A DNA stretch of 64,000 nucleotides. Source: Macrostomum hystrix. Taxonomy: Eukaryota; Animalia; Platyhelminthes. Positions 11,966 to 22,652 of the stretch are shown here, piece after piece; position 1 is the stretch's first letter; the number at the start of each line of letters is the position of its first letter. The position numbers and the translations under genes are program-made. Under the pieces are notes generated by a model. The model had not been told where the DNA came from and made no database searches. It saw only the letters and a program-made list of their open reading frames with translations. The stretch spans positions 2,852,001-2,916,000 of the forward strand of contig CATNEN010000010.1 of the NCBI GenBank assembly GCA_950097015.1, in the 5' to 3' direction.

Positions 11966-13564
11966 CTGAAAGGAGAAGGCGTTTTTGGCAGCTTCGGAAA
12001 AGCAGAAACCCGTAGATATACTAGCAGAATTAGCGCGCAAAGCAAAATCGATCATATGATTGGCCCCAGACAGACAGCGAGACAGAGGGTCAGCCAGCAC
12101 CTGCCAGCTGCCCGGCATGTGGAAGACACGCAGCACGATTTTCCGGCGGAGGCAAATGAGCGTCACCGTCCGGATGAGCGACATCACCATTGGGTTGCCA
12201 GACGAGCCTCGGTTGAGGATGCCGACTGCAGCGCTGTTGTCGCAGTAGATGCAGACTCTGCAACCAGCTAGCGACTCTTGAAGCCGGATGATGGTGAGAA
12301 GCGGGACAATGGCCTCTTTGAAATTAATGTGCAGGTCCTCAAAACAGCCCTCAGCGTCGCGCTTGAAGTCAACGAAGAAGAAGCTTTTTGCAAACGGAGA
12401 CCCGGCCACCACGGCACCTCCCGCAGTGGAGCAAGCGTCTGTCTCCATAGCAATGTTCCCTCGGAAGCTCGGCCAAAGCTCCAGAGGGGGCAGAGAATCG
12501 ATAGCTCGCAACCAGAACTGCAGCTGATGGAGCATCTCACCAGCGATCCGGATGCGGTGCGAACTGCAGGCAAGCGAGTTGTTGATGTCTATCAAGGCTC
12601 GAAGGAACACGCGCGCCGCCCGAGCAACATTGCAGAACCAACTGATTTTTCCTAGCAGGCGTTGAACATGCAGCTTGGTAATTCTGATCCGCTGGGTATA
12701 GGAAATTAAGAGATCACGCAATTCGTTCAGCTTGGCCTCTGGGAGCGTGAGCTGGCCAGCCTCCAGATCGATGCACACGCCGAGAAAGACAAGCTTGCGG
12801 GAAGGCTGGCACACTTTAGCCCAATTGATGCTGAAGCCAAGCTTGCTGAGCAGAGCGAGAAGGTAATTGTGTGCCGTTAGGCGGGCAGAATAGTTTCTAG
12901 CTGCGATGCAGAAGTCGTCCAGGTAGACAACAAGCGTCTGTCCGTCATCAGCCAGGAATTCCCTTGCGACGTATCGCCGGATGGCTTGAGTGAGGCGGTG
13001 GAAGATCTCGACAGAGGCGGAAGCGCCGAATGGGAGGCGCGTATCGACCAGGTAAGTCGGCCGGCTGTCACCAGAGAACTGCCACTTAACGCCAGTGACG
13101 GGGTAGCAGTCAGGATGGATTGGAACACTACGGTAAGCCTCACTGAGGTCGACTTTACTCAGGAACCAGCCTCTCTTGGCGACCCTAGTGATGTCCTCCA
13201 CCTTAGCGAACCTGAGCCGCTGGTTGCTTTCGTAGCTGCTGTTGATTGAGTTCCCAGCCGGTGCCGATGCGTCATGGATGAGCCGCACTTTCGAATCGTC
13301 CTTTTTGATAGCACCTAGTGGGCTGATTTTTGTAGGCTTGGCGATACCGACGTCCTGAACCCGCTTATACCTGGACAGGGTGATTTCACGCTGGATCTGA
13401 GTTTCGACTAGCTGTCTGTTCTCGTCTCCCGTGGCAGACTGATAATTCTCAAGCTCTGTTGGGCTGTGCTCGTTGCTACTGGTAATACGGAAGCCGGAAC
13501 GGATGCCGTCGAAAATAAAAGCTCTATCATAGTCGCCTTCTAAAATCTCCTCCCATGCCTGCAC
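11831..13564 (-). CDS. DIRS/Ngaro reverse transcriptase / RNase H, 577 aa
   Basis: KVDLSEAYR, LPFGAS, YLDDF, FLGVCID, TDACS, INFKEA, CDNSAAV, ADPLSR motifs. Track start is GTG; the frame is open upstream to 13630. Confidence 0.9.
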   Translation of the reverse strand: MQAWEEILEGDYDRAFIFDGIRSGFRITSSNEHSPTELENYQSATGDENRQLVETQIQREITLSRYKRVQDVGIAKPTKISPLGAIKKDDSKVRLIHDASAPAGNSINSSYESNQRLRFAKVEDITRVAKRGWFLSKVDLSEAYRSVPIHPDCYPVTGVKWQFSGDSRPTYLVDTRLPFGASASVEIFHRLTQAIRRYVAREFLADDGQTLVVYLDDFCIAARNYSARLTAHNYLLALLSKLGFSINWAKVCQPSRKLVFLGVCIDLEAGQLTLPEAKLNELRDLLISYTQRIRITKLHVQRLLGKISWFCNVARAARVFLRALIDINNSLACSSHRIRIAGEMLHQLQFWLRAIDSLPPLELWPSFRGNIAMETDACSTAGGAVVAGSPFAKSFFFVDFKRDAEGCFEDLHINFKEAIVPLLTIIRLQESLAGCRVCIYCDNSAAVGILNRGSSGNPMVMSLIRTVTLICLRRKIVLRVFHMPGSWQVLADPLSRCLSGANHMIDFALRANSASISTGFCFSEAAKNAFSFQVLAHVPTLCWPNWYIWPSRLQPGAHRKATGAAGRNSVGARSFTH

Positions 13565-13620
13565 GTTGAGCTCGCTCAGACTCGCAGGGGGAGGCGGGAG
13601 TTTAAAAGCAGTTGAGCAGC

Positions 13621-14745
13621 TCAGTTTTTTGGCTGCTGCTCTTGGTGCAGGTGCTGCGGGTGTGGGCCCTCACACGTCCTGCACACATGCGCGAAGTTGC
13701 AGACTTGGCGTTGGCAGCCTCTGGCGCTATTGAAGAGTCCGCAGATCACCTGGCCTCCCGTCGTCGTGGGATATTTTTGTTTGTTAATCCCGCGTCGTGA
13801 AGCCGAGCTACGTGCAGTGAAGCCGCCGCCAGCGCGCAGATTTTTAGGGGCTGTCATGTGTTTCACAATTAGGTTTAGCGACGTGCTGTTCCACTCACGA
13901 CCGCCCGCGTGCTGCAGTTTGCGAACATCCTCATCGTAGTGTAGGACCACCCTCCAATCGTAGTCAGCATCCAACAGCTCGCCGACATGCACGTTGTAGT
14001 CCAGATAAGCCATCAGTTTGCTCAAATTCATTGAACCGTCGTTGTTGTAGGTAATCAAGTTGCCTGTTTCGATCAGCTGTCTCATGATTTTTGCATTAGA
14101 CGATATCCACTGTCCGTAGTTCACCGCGTCCAGCGATGCTGGCCGCTTTTTGAGAGTTAGGCGGCCTTGGTCGTGCAGAAGCACCGAGCTTGCTTCTGAT
14201 GGGCAGTCCAAGAAGTCGGTGACAAGCAGCGGTTGAGCCAGGTGGCGGGGGTTGTGCAAAGCATCTTCAAGCTCCAAGCTGTGCTGTCTGCCCTGCCTAC
14301 CATCCCTAGGGACCAATCGCTCTGTAAAGGCGTACTCCAGAAGGTTCTCACCTGGTGCCGTAGCAGGGTCACCGGACTGGGCGAGTTCCGCTGCGAGTTG
14401 GGCCTCACGCTTTCGCAGTTCCAGCAGGCTGATGCGCTTCCGCGTCTGCTCGATCTCCTCGTCCACGGTGCTGGCCCTCCCCGCTGACCCGACTGGCGCT
14501 GCCGACTGGGCGACTCCGCTCATCAGGGTTTCTTGGATGCCTTCGCCGATGTCTTCAAAGTCTGCTGAGAGCGCCGGCGTAGTTGCTTTTGATGCGCGTT
14601 GCTGGTCTCGCTGGGTGTCGTCACGCAATCTACGGATCATGGCTTTTCTGTTACCATTGTGAGGCAGGCCTCTGTTTTTCAGCAGGTTTTGCAGTCCAGC
14701 CTTGTTGAGGTGTTCAAAGTTGGTAGTATTGCATTGCGAGGCCAT
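13621..14745 (-). CDS. DIRS/Ngaro Gag-like ORF1 (SAP motif, C-terminal Cys/His finger), 374 aa
   Basis: LNKAGLQNLLKNRGLPHNGNRKAMIRRL (SAP-like); CGLFNSARGCQRQVCNFAHVCRTCEGPH at the C-terminus. Confidence 0.8.
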   Translation of the reverse strand: MASQCNTTNFEHLNKAGLQNLLKNRGLPHNGNRKAMIRRLRDDTQRDQQRASKATTPALSADFEDIGEGIQETLMSGVAQSAAPVGSAGRASTVDEEIEQTRKRISLLELRKREAQLAAELAQSGDPATAPGENLLEYAFTERLVPRDGRQGRQHSLELEDALHNPRHLAQPLLVTDFLDCPSEASSVLLHDQGRLTLKKRPASLDAVNYGQWISSNAKIMRQLIETGNLITYNNDGSMNLSKLMAYLDYNVHVGELLDADYDWRVVLHYDEDVRKLQHAGGREWNSTSLNLIVKHMTAPKNLRAGGGFTARSSASRRGINKQKYPTTTGGQVICGLFNSARGCQRQVCNFAHVCRTCEGPHPQHLHQEQQPKN

Positions 14746-14959
14746 AGCTAGCTTGAAAAAAATTCACGCGCAGGCGATAGGTTGCAATAGGTAGCGATCG
14801 GACTTAAAAACCCCCGCAGAGGGGGGAGGGGCTAAAACCCGCGCGAAACGCGGTAAGAGTAAAAGGCCGACTGGCAGCGCACAGCACACAAAGATGTACA
14901 TCATCCCGATTAAAACACACTACTGCGCGCCAACGCACAATAGTGTGTACAGTAACGCT

Positions 14960-16206
14960 TTATCCAATGCTGCGTATCAAACAAGGCTGACAACAAAACA
15001 TGAAATGAATTTTCGTAAAGAAGATGCAAGGAATCCAGTAAAACATGACTGGGGATTGAAAAATAGCCCTGAAGAACTGAAATTCCTTTCACACCGAACA
15101 GTGTTGTCTTCGCACTTTCAGCTAGATAAGCATATTCAGGAAATTTAGCATCAGATATGCGAGGAGATGTGTGGGGATACACATTAGATCTGCCATGCCG
15201 GATTCCAGGTTCACGACAATAAAGACAGCCATATTCACCATTAAATTGTTTGACATTTAGAATACTACATTGGGCCGGTAGGTCAAATACACATGCGAAA
15301 AGTCTAAGAACAATTGATATTTCAGCTCCCTTTACATTAAGTACAATAGGCTCATCGAAGTTAATTGTACGCAAAAAGTCGGCCAAGAAAATTTGCCAAT
15401 CTGGCTTCTTTCTACCAGCCTAAATAGCTAAAACTAGTGTATTCTCCAGCCTACAGTGAATATGGAAAGGTAGGTCCAGAAGAACAGCTTGGAATGGCCA
15501 AAACGAAAAATTTTGGTTTGAATAAAATTTACCACCGTCACTGGAAAATAACAAATGCAATTCCAGATACTCACTAGAAAAGGACCGTCCACAAAGAATA
15601 TCTCCATTGTCATTAGAAGACAAGAATGTATGATAAAGGAGAATAGTGGGCAGGTGCGCTTGCAGAATTAGTTTCAGTTGTTCAAGAAGAGAAAAGTAGG
15701 CTACATGGTTTGTCTTTCTACGGCAACACTTGGTCTTAAGAGAAGTGTAGATCGCGTTACAATCAGAATTCGTACAAAAGTAACGAAGCGAAAACATAGC
15801 TTTAAAGTTACCTATCGAGCGACGGATGATTGATTTCAGACGTTTGAGGGACAAAGCACTGTTCACCATGTTTAAAGCACAAAGAACTTTGAGCACCGTA
15901 GATGTTGGAGACTCTGGAAGACCAGAGGAAACGATAACTAGAACAACGGCGGCAGCATAGATAATATTTCTATCATATTGAGATTCGAAACTGCTAGAGA
16001 TATGCAGCTCAAGGATAGTTGAGTCCATGGCTAGTTCAGGCAGATCCTGCTCGTCTTTCACACTGTCGTCCATTCTAGAAGACATTGACTCACCATTGAC
16101 GGGTGCACTGTGAGTTGAAGCCTCAGAAATAGTTTCATCATCAAACAAATCGTTGGCAATCGACTCAAGCACCGAGTTCAAATAAAAAATCTCATCCTAA
16201 GACATG
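14960..16206 (-). pseudogene. CACTA/EnSpm-like transposase 3 (frameshifted, truncated by DIRS)
   Basis: SSDGGKFY..FSFWPFQAVLLDLP; FDLPAQCSILNVKQFNGEYGCLYC; LDSLHLLYE. Frameshift near 15400. Confidence 0.8.
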
Positions 16207-16619
16207 ACGCACTGCGAACTGAAATATTGAATTTTCACATATTTCTTTTCGGGTAACCATTACAATATTGTTACTAATTTTGAAATCATTAAAATTACAA
16301 GATACAAAAGAAAAAATACCAATTGTAACTTTTCATTTTAGTGCAACTTACAAGCAAGAAACAAGCGCAAACATCAGTCACAATAAAACAAAGGCAAAAA
16401 ATATTTTTAGTAAAGCAAAAAAATTATTAAATTTATTAGTTAATAATAGTTAATAATTTTAACGAAACCTTGACCATTTTCTGTAGCTACTGTAGGATTA
16501 CTAAAGATGAGCAAGTGAAAACCAGAGTGGTTTTCTCCTTTATACTTGAGAACACTGCGATGAACCCGAAAATATTGCCTTAAAAGTCCATGATCATACA
16601 GTCTGTGACTCTGTAACAT

Positions 16620-17906
16620 CTATTTCAGATCGCGAAACATTTGATTCAATGAGCTCTTCACCAAGCGCCAGCTGTAATTTGTGGCCCAGAAATTGTCAAG
16701 AGCGGCGATGACTTCCTCTCGTGCAGCATCAGGCAGTTTTACTCGCTTCGATGTCTTATCGGGATCGATTATCTTGTCCTTTAGATACTCCGTACCAAAT
16801 CGCCGCCGCATGAAGTCGCGAGCGAAAGAATTTGGGCTTGATAGATTCAGACTGGAAAGGCTACACTGCTTTCCATCGAACGTGCAAATAAAAGAATCGA
16901 TTCGATCTGGGTTTAAACCTTCAGAACGTGAAGCGCCCAGATTTCGAAGCAATTGATTTGTCTCCTCAATCAACTTGACTAACTTCTTGAGAAGAGAAGT
17001 GTGCAGCCTAGACTCGAGCAGCATATGGAGAGTTGCTTGGTCAGACTTGCTCAGCATTGATGGTGATGCTACATTTGGCAGGCCTTCCTGACCACGCACA
17101 TGCCTGCCAACAGCAGGAGAAAGTCTACTGCCCTGTGCTGATGGAGACGACTGGATAACTAGACTGCTTTGACCAAGATGCTGGCTTAAAGCAGAAGATG
17201 GTCTGTTGCTGCCAGTGTGATTAACATACTGCATAGAAGAAGCGCCAGCACTAGTTAAATGGTCCATTCTTAGCTTCTTTTTTGCTGGTTGTGAAGATGA
17301 AGATCCAAATGCCCTCCTGCATGACCGAAACTTTTGCATTTCTTTTTGAAAAGCAGCAGACGAAGATGATGATCGAAATGGTAGTCCAAATCCAGAATTC
17401 TCTTAAGCAAACTCAGCCTCCTCACTAGAGCTGGATCCATCACCTACATCACCTTTTTCCTCACATTCTTCTGTATCTTCAGCATCAATATCAGGATTCA
17501 ATTCAAGTGGATCTGACAGTTGTGCGCCACTCTCCTGTTTATCAAGCTTGCTTAGTATGGCATCTGTGTTATTACCATGTTCAACAAGGTCATCAATCAG
17601 AATACTGGCCTGCCCACATGAGTCAATTGAGCCACGGTGCATGACTATACATTCTACTAGATTTTTTCCTTCTCTAACTTAAAGTGAGCTGCCTTTTCGA
17701 AGTAAAGATTTTTCTTGATCATCAAGATGCTTAAAGACAGAGGATCCAATGTAAAGAGGCTGCGAGTAGGAGTTGTTGCTTCTATACCAGAGTACTAGCC
17801 ACTCACCAGCTACAGTACTAGGTCCCATTCCAAAGCGGGAAATTTTTTGTTTTTTACGAGAAGACATCTTAAATATAAAGATATCTAATATAAGTCTATA
17901 AACCAT
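16620..17906 (-). pseudogene. BEN-domain accessory ORF of CACTA element 3, two premature TAA stops
   Basis: ORFs 17679-17906, 17403-17642 and 16620-17339 share one frame. C-terminus FARDFMRRRFGTEYLKDKIIDP..SKRVKLP...W..VKSSLNQMFRD is BEN-like. Confidence 0.6.
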
Positions 17907-18092
17907 AGTAATATGAACTTCAAGTAATAAAGACTACACATTTATAGATAGACCAAAACTTTAGAGGCTAAATTCATATACAAATTATAGAACCAGAATT
18001 ATATTCTGTATTTCTAGGTAAAAAAAGCAATAGTTTAATACTAATAATTGTTTTAATAATTAGCTAAATAAATGTATTGCCATTTAATTGTA

Positions 18093-18384
18093 TCATGACC
18101 ATACATGCGCAACACCCAGCCAACCTAGCCCAACTGGCCAAGTGAAACGAGGGCCAAGCAAAGTAAGTTGCAAAAACCAATCAACCAAGCTCAAAAAATC
18201 AAAGGCGGACCAAGGGACAAAAAAGAAAAGGCGTGAAGAAGAGAAAAAAAGGGAGAGAAAAAGAGAGCAAATGAGAGCAAACTAAGTCGTAATAGAGCAA
18301 TGAAACGAACTAAGTCGTAAATAGAGCAAAAACTAAGTTGCACGGCCAGCTAAGATTTGGGAGGTTGTGCATGTATGATCATGA
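18093..18384. mobile_element. Possible MITE (about 25-bp imperfect inverted ends)
   Basis: TCATGACCATACATGCGCAAC at 18093 versus reverse complement TCATGATCATACATGCACAAC ending 18384; no TSD established. Confidence 0.4.
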
Positions 18385-19554
18385 CAGCTTTTCAAATTGA
18401 GTCCTGTTTTGATAATTAAATGATAAAATAATTCTAAAATATATAATAGTGCATTTGCTAATCATCTTCTACAAAATCCCAAATTTCACTTTGAAAGCTA
18501 ATATTGTATATCTATCTACTTGTGAATAAAAATTTAGATAGGCCTAATACAAATTTCTAATAGCTAGAAGCAAAATTTTAGAATATTATGTGCTGTGCCC
18601 CCCTGGAAAATAGATTCTGGATGTGCCACTAACCTAAAGCTAAAAGGTCTCTTAGAGTATTTTAAATGGGCCCAATAATATAATTTCTTATTACAATATA
18701 ATATTATAATAATCTATTATATTTCAACATTAGATAAGCATATCAATAATTTTTAATAAATAGGCCCAAAATTAAATTGATTTTAGAAAACTTAAAAAAC
18801 TAAAGTCTAAATGTGTAAAATGCAGAAACTCTAATAAGGTATAATTACTTAGGCTAGCTAATAAAAAATTATATCAATATTCCTAAATTTGCTAACAGCT
18901 GTTGACATTGTCTTGTTCAGAAGACACAAAAGTACATAATACAGATAGAAGATAACAGATATACATCAGGATACTTTAAGAAAATTAATTTAGCTTGCAC
19001 AACACCTTTGTATCCTGATGCCCCAAATAGAACAATGAACATTGTTCTATGAATAGAAATAGGACCACGTTATTTTACTCCAAAAAGAAGATAGGTCAAA
19101 GATTTGCTAGTATGCAGTATGCACTACAACAATTTGATGGGCGTGAATAAACTACAGTTTGTCGGGAGGTCAGTAATGTAGCTAGCTAGTTTAATAGTGA
19201 AATGATTCTTATCTTGAACGACACTCTTTTCTAAATAAATTTCGAAAGTTTGATCAGTACTGGATTCTCTGACAAATGTTAACAAAGATGGCAAACGTTT
19301 CTTGTCACTAAAAAACTTACTCCTAACATTACCGAGTTTATATAATCTATAATCTCGTAAATACATTTAGAAAATAAGAAAAAATAAGAAAATGATAATA
19401 GACAAACTTACAACCAAAATTTAATCTTCGCGAAATTAAAGGAATTGTAATTAATTGCAAGGCTATTAAATTACAGTTTTTATAAGACCTTAATATATTA
19501 TAAGTTTGATAATTACATCGCAATAACTGCAATTTTGTTAATTTCTTGGCAATT

Positions 19555-21115
19555 TGGTCAACTAGTGCTATCTTGGCCTCATCAGTACGAAGGCCATTTC
19601 TTCCGATAACGTGCCCTAAGTACTTTAACTCGTGGTGAAATAAGTTGCACTTCTTTGCCCTCAGTTTTAATCCTGCCGTAATTAATCTTTTGAATACTTC
19701 TTTCAGATGTTCTAGGTGTTCTTCGAATTGTTTGGAATAGGTTACTATGTCGTCTATATAAGACATGGCGAACTTATGTTGAATTCCTAATAATACTAAA
19801 TTCATCAACCTTTGAAATGTCCCTGGGGCATTCGATAGCCCTTGCGCCATTACTTCGTACTCAAATTGTCCTCTATTTAGCGTTGAAAATGCTGTCATGT
19901 ATTTATGTTCTTCTTTGATTGGCACCTGCCAGTATCCTGAGTTTAGATCCAGGCTGCTGAAGTACTCGCTGCCTGTCAGATGTGAAAATGTTTCCTGAAT
20001 ATTTGGCAATGGGTATGGCACATAGTTGACTCGAGAATTGAGCACTCGGAAGTCACTCACGATTCTAATTGTCCCATCCTTCTTTGGTACAATCACTAAT
20101 GGTGTTGAATATGGCGAATAACACGGCCTAATTAGGTTTTTTGCTAACATGTCGTCTAATTGCGCGTCTACTTGCTTTTGCAGATGGGGAGGAATCCGGC
20201 GAGTCGGGATTCTTACTGGCGTCTTATCATTAAGTAAAATCTCATGGGTAACAAGATGAGTCAGGCCCATGTCCAAGTCATCCTGCGAAAATGCTTCTCG
20301 GTGTTCTTTTACTAATTCAATCACAGCTTTCCGCTGTTCTTTATTCAATTCAGAGCCAATGTTTATTTCGTCGATCCATTCATCCTCTGTAGTCAGGGTC
20401 TGATTCACACGTCCGGTAGGTTGACTTTCTGATTCAATAGACTGCTGCCAGTAGGTAAGTTCTTGCGCTTTCATGGGTTTCGCCAGTCCTACTAGTGCTG
20501 ACTTCGACAGGGTGACATCGACTGCATGTTGATTCACGATCTCGACGACTCCAACTCCTTCTTGCATTGTGACTAGAGTCGGTGCCATCTCCAGGGTTAA
20601 TTCTTTAGTTCTTACTCCATCTCCGATAGTCTCGATGGTCATAGGAGTGCCATAGTTGTTTTCACTGTTTCTGGCGAGTTTCACTGGAATTCTGAGTGCA
20701 CTGTTCGCCGGAATTACAACTTTCTCTTGGGTATATACCCGGCAAACTCGAACTGGCAGGCGAGTGTACTTCATAGGAACACATGTACCTCCCTTCAGTA
20801 TTAAAATGCCCTTAACAAGGTGGATACTTTCACAGTGACTAAGGAAGAACTCCATTCCTAAAATGTCGTCACAATCATGCTGACAAAGCAAGAATTCTAC
20901 TTCCAATTGGATGTCGCCGAATCTCATTTTAGCTGTGACTTCTCCTTCTAGTTGTACCTGAGTACCATCAAATGTGGACACTCTCTTGTTTGTCTCTTGA
21001 ATTTGGTCTGGTTTGAAGATTTTTGACCATGTCGATTTGCTAAGGAAGTTGTTCTTGGCTCCAGTGTCTAGTAGGAAATCTACTGACTGGTTCTTGACAC
21101 TTCCAGCGATGACTG
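19555..21115 (-). pseudogene. Ty3/gypsy-2 pol fragment (protease + RT; RNase H and integrase missing)
   Basis: FLLDTGA, LDLNSGYWQV, YIDDIVTY, YLGHVI. The first 52 aa of the tracked 641-aa ORF are read-through of a palindrome and its tail is non-homologous AT-rich DNA. Confidence 0.9.
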
Positions 21116-21342
21116 CACTGTGAAAAATATGTGGCCGAAAAAGTAGCTGAAAAGTGGCCAAACGCAAGTAGCCTAAAAGTGGCCAAGAGTGTCCCACGTT
21201 CGGCCACATTTCCGGCCACTTTTTAAGTGGCCACATTTCCGGCCACTTTTTAAGTGGCCGAACGTGGGACACTCTTGGCCACTTTTAGGCTACTTGCGTT
21301 TGGCCACTTTTCAGCTACTTTTTCGGCCACATATTTCTCGTG
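21116..21342. repeat. CACTG terminus with perfect 83-bp palindrome
   Basis: CACTGTGAAAAATATGTGGCCGAAAAAGT resembles the reverse complement of the 26188 end. Arms 21125-21207 and 21254-21336 are exact reverse complements around a duplicated spacer. Confidence 0.85.
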
Positions 21343-21534
21343 TTTGTGTTATTTTCGGCTCTTTTACGATAAATTTCTCTCTGTAAACGTGGAATCCTTA
21401 AATAAAACCCCTCATTGCAGTTATCGTACTGCATTTATAGATTAAAGAAGTAATTAAGCAGTATATAAGCAGATTATATATGACCAGAAAAATTTCATAA
21501 TTCATTTCGTTGATTGAATAGTGGAATAATTGTC

Positions 21535-22602
21535 TCAGTTATCCAGCACTTTAATTGTATTTTTTTTATTAAAGAGACAAAAAACAGAACATAGAGCAAT
21601 TGTGAGATGTTCACCTTCACCTTCGATCATAGCCGCAAAGTCCTGGCTAGCACCAGCGGCCCCGAATTCGATGAGCGACTCATCAATAAGTGAAGTCAGA
21701 TCGCTAGCTCGGCATTCTACTTCACATTCAGCATCTTCCTCAGAATCACTGCCGTCATCTTGCTCCTCGTCGACCTCCTCGCCGTCTTCGTCATCAGAAA
21801 GCAAAGCAGCAGATTGCCGTGGTTTGCGGTTGCTAGTCTTTCTCGCTTGTCGATTTCTGTCCTGGCCTTGTCCGCGGCCATACTTCTCTCGCTGGGCAAG
21901 AACTTTGGGTGGCAAAGCACTGCCACGGACAAACGTTTTTTCCCGCCAGGTTTTGAGGCTGCGGCGAATCCGGAGTCGCCAAAAAGTATGGCCAGCCACC
22001 GTGTTAACATCTGCCAAATTTGGGAACTTAGCAACGATGGCACTTGAAAACACCTTGAGTTCCGTTGATCTGAAGCTTATTTTCTCCACATTCACGTACT
22101 TGCTCGTGATTTCATCAGCGATAGGATGAACAAGGCAGTGCACAAAAGTGTCGTCCATCATTAATCTTGCTGCCTTTTCTCGCGTATTCGCAGAAGCAAT
22201 TCTTGAAACCAAAGTAGTAGGATACTGTGGCATCTTGTAAAACGCTGGCACTGGAGGCGGCGTTGGTACTTCCGCCTGAGATGATGATGCAATTGCTGAA
22301 TCCAATTCAGCTACCGTAGCTGATGCAGCAGATGCAGAGCATGCATTAGCAGAAGCTGAAGACGTCACAAATAAAAATAGCTGCAAACGCTTCTCGGCTA
22401 CTAGTGCTAGCCATATCTCTTCCTCCTGAATTCCGACACCGTCTTCGTTTGTTATCACGATGCCAATTGGGTCAACTCCCAAAGCATTGCAGCCAATAGC
22501 AATAAAGTCTTGGAATTTTTCGTTAGATCGAATGAAAACCTTCTTCTTCTTGTCTGCTGTCGCAATAGCATAGAGTGACAGTTCAGCAGACGCCATCGCC
22601 AT
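21535..22602 (-). CDS. CACTA accessory ORF2 (N-terminal CIDE-N/ubiquitin-like domain, SAMD3-like middle, acidic region); probably the first exon of a longer gene
   Basis: 355-aa ORF directly downstream of the transposase. KKVFIRSNEKFQDFIAIGCNALG..IVITNEDGVGIQEEE; FSSAIVAKFPNL...GHTFWRLRIRRSLKTWR. Confidence 0.6.
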   Translation of the reverse strand: MAMASAELSLYAIATADKKKKVFIRSNEKFQDFIAIGCNALGVDPIGIVITNEDGVGIQEEEIWLALVAEKRLQLFLFVTSSASANACSASAASATVAELDSAIASSSQAEVPTPPPVPAFYKMPQYPTTLVSRIASANTREKAARLMMDDTFVHCLVHPIADEITSKYVNVEKISFRSTELKVFSSAIVAKFPNLADVNTVAGHTFWRLRIRRSLKTWREKTFVRGSALPPKVLAQREKYGRGQGQDRNRQARKTSNRKPRQSAALLSDDEDGEEVDEEQDDGSDSEEDAECEVECRASDLTSLIDESLIEFGAAGASQDFAAMIEGEGEHLTIALCSVFCLFNKKNTIKVLDN

Positions 22603-22652
22603 GCCAAGCAGGCTTGCAGTTTGCTGAGGGTTAAAAATATTTATTGTAATTA

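Larger units (their letters stand above)
11488..14900 (-). mobile_element. DIRS-order (Ngaro-like) tyrosine-recombinase retrotransposon, 3' part lost
   Basis: Gag, RT/RNase H and overlapping YR ORFs in the canonical order. Termini not resolved; right boundary approximate. Confidence 0.85.

Noticed and set aside
19124-19366. 80-aa ORF as another transposase fragment
   Set aside because: Only a weak DLP-like resemblance; no convincing motif.
19347-21272. The 641-aa ORF as a real full-length protein
   Set aside because: Its N-terminus is palindrome read-through and its C-terminus is unrelated AT-rich DNA; only protease-RT is genuine.
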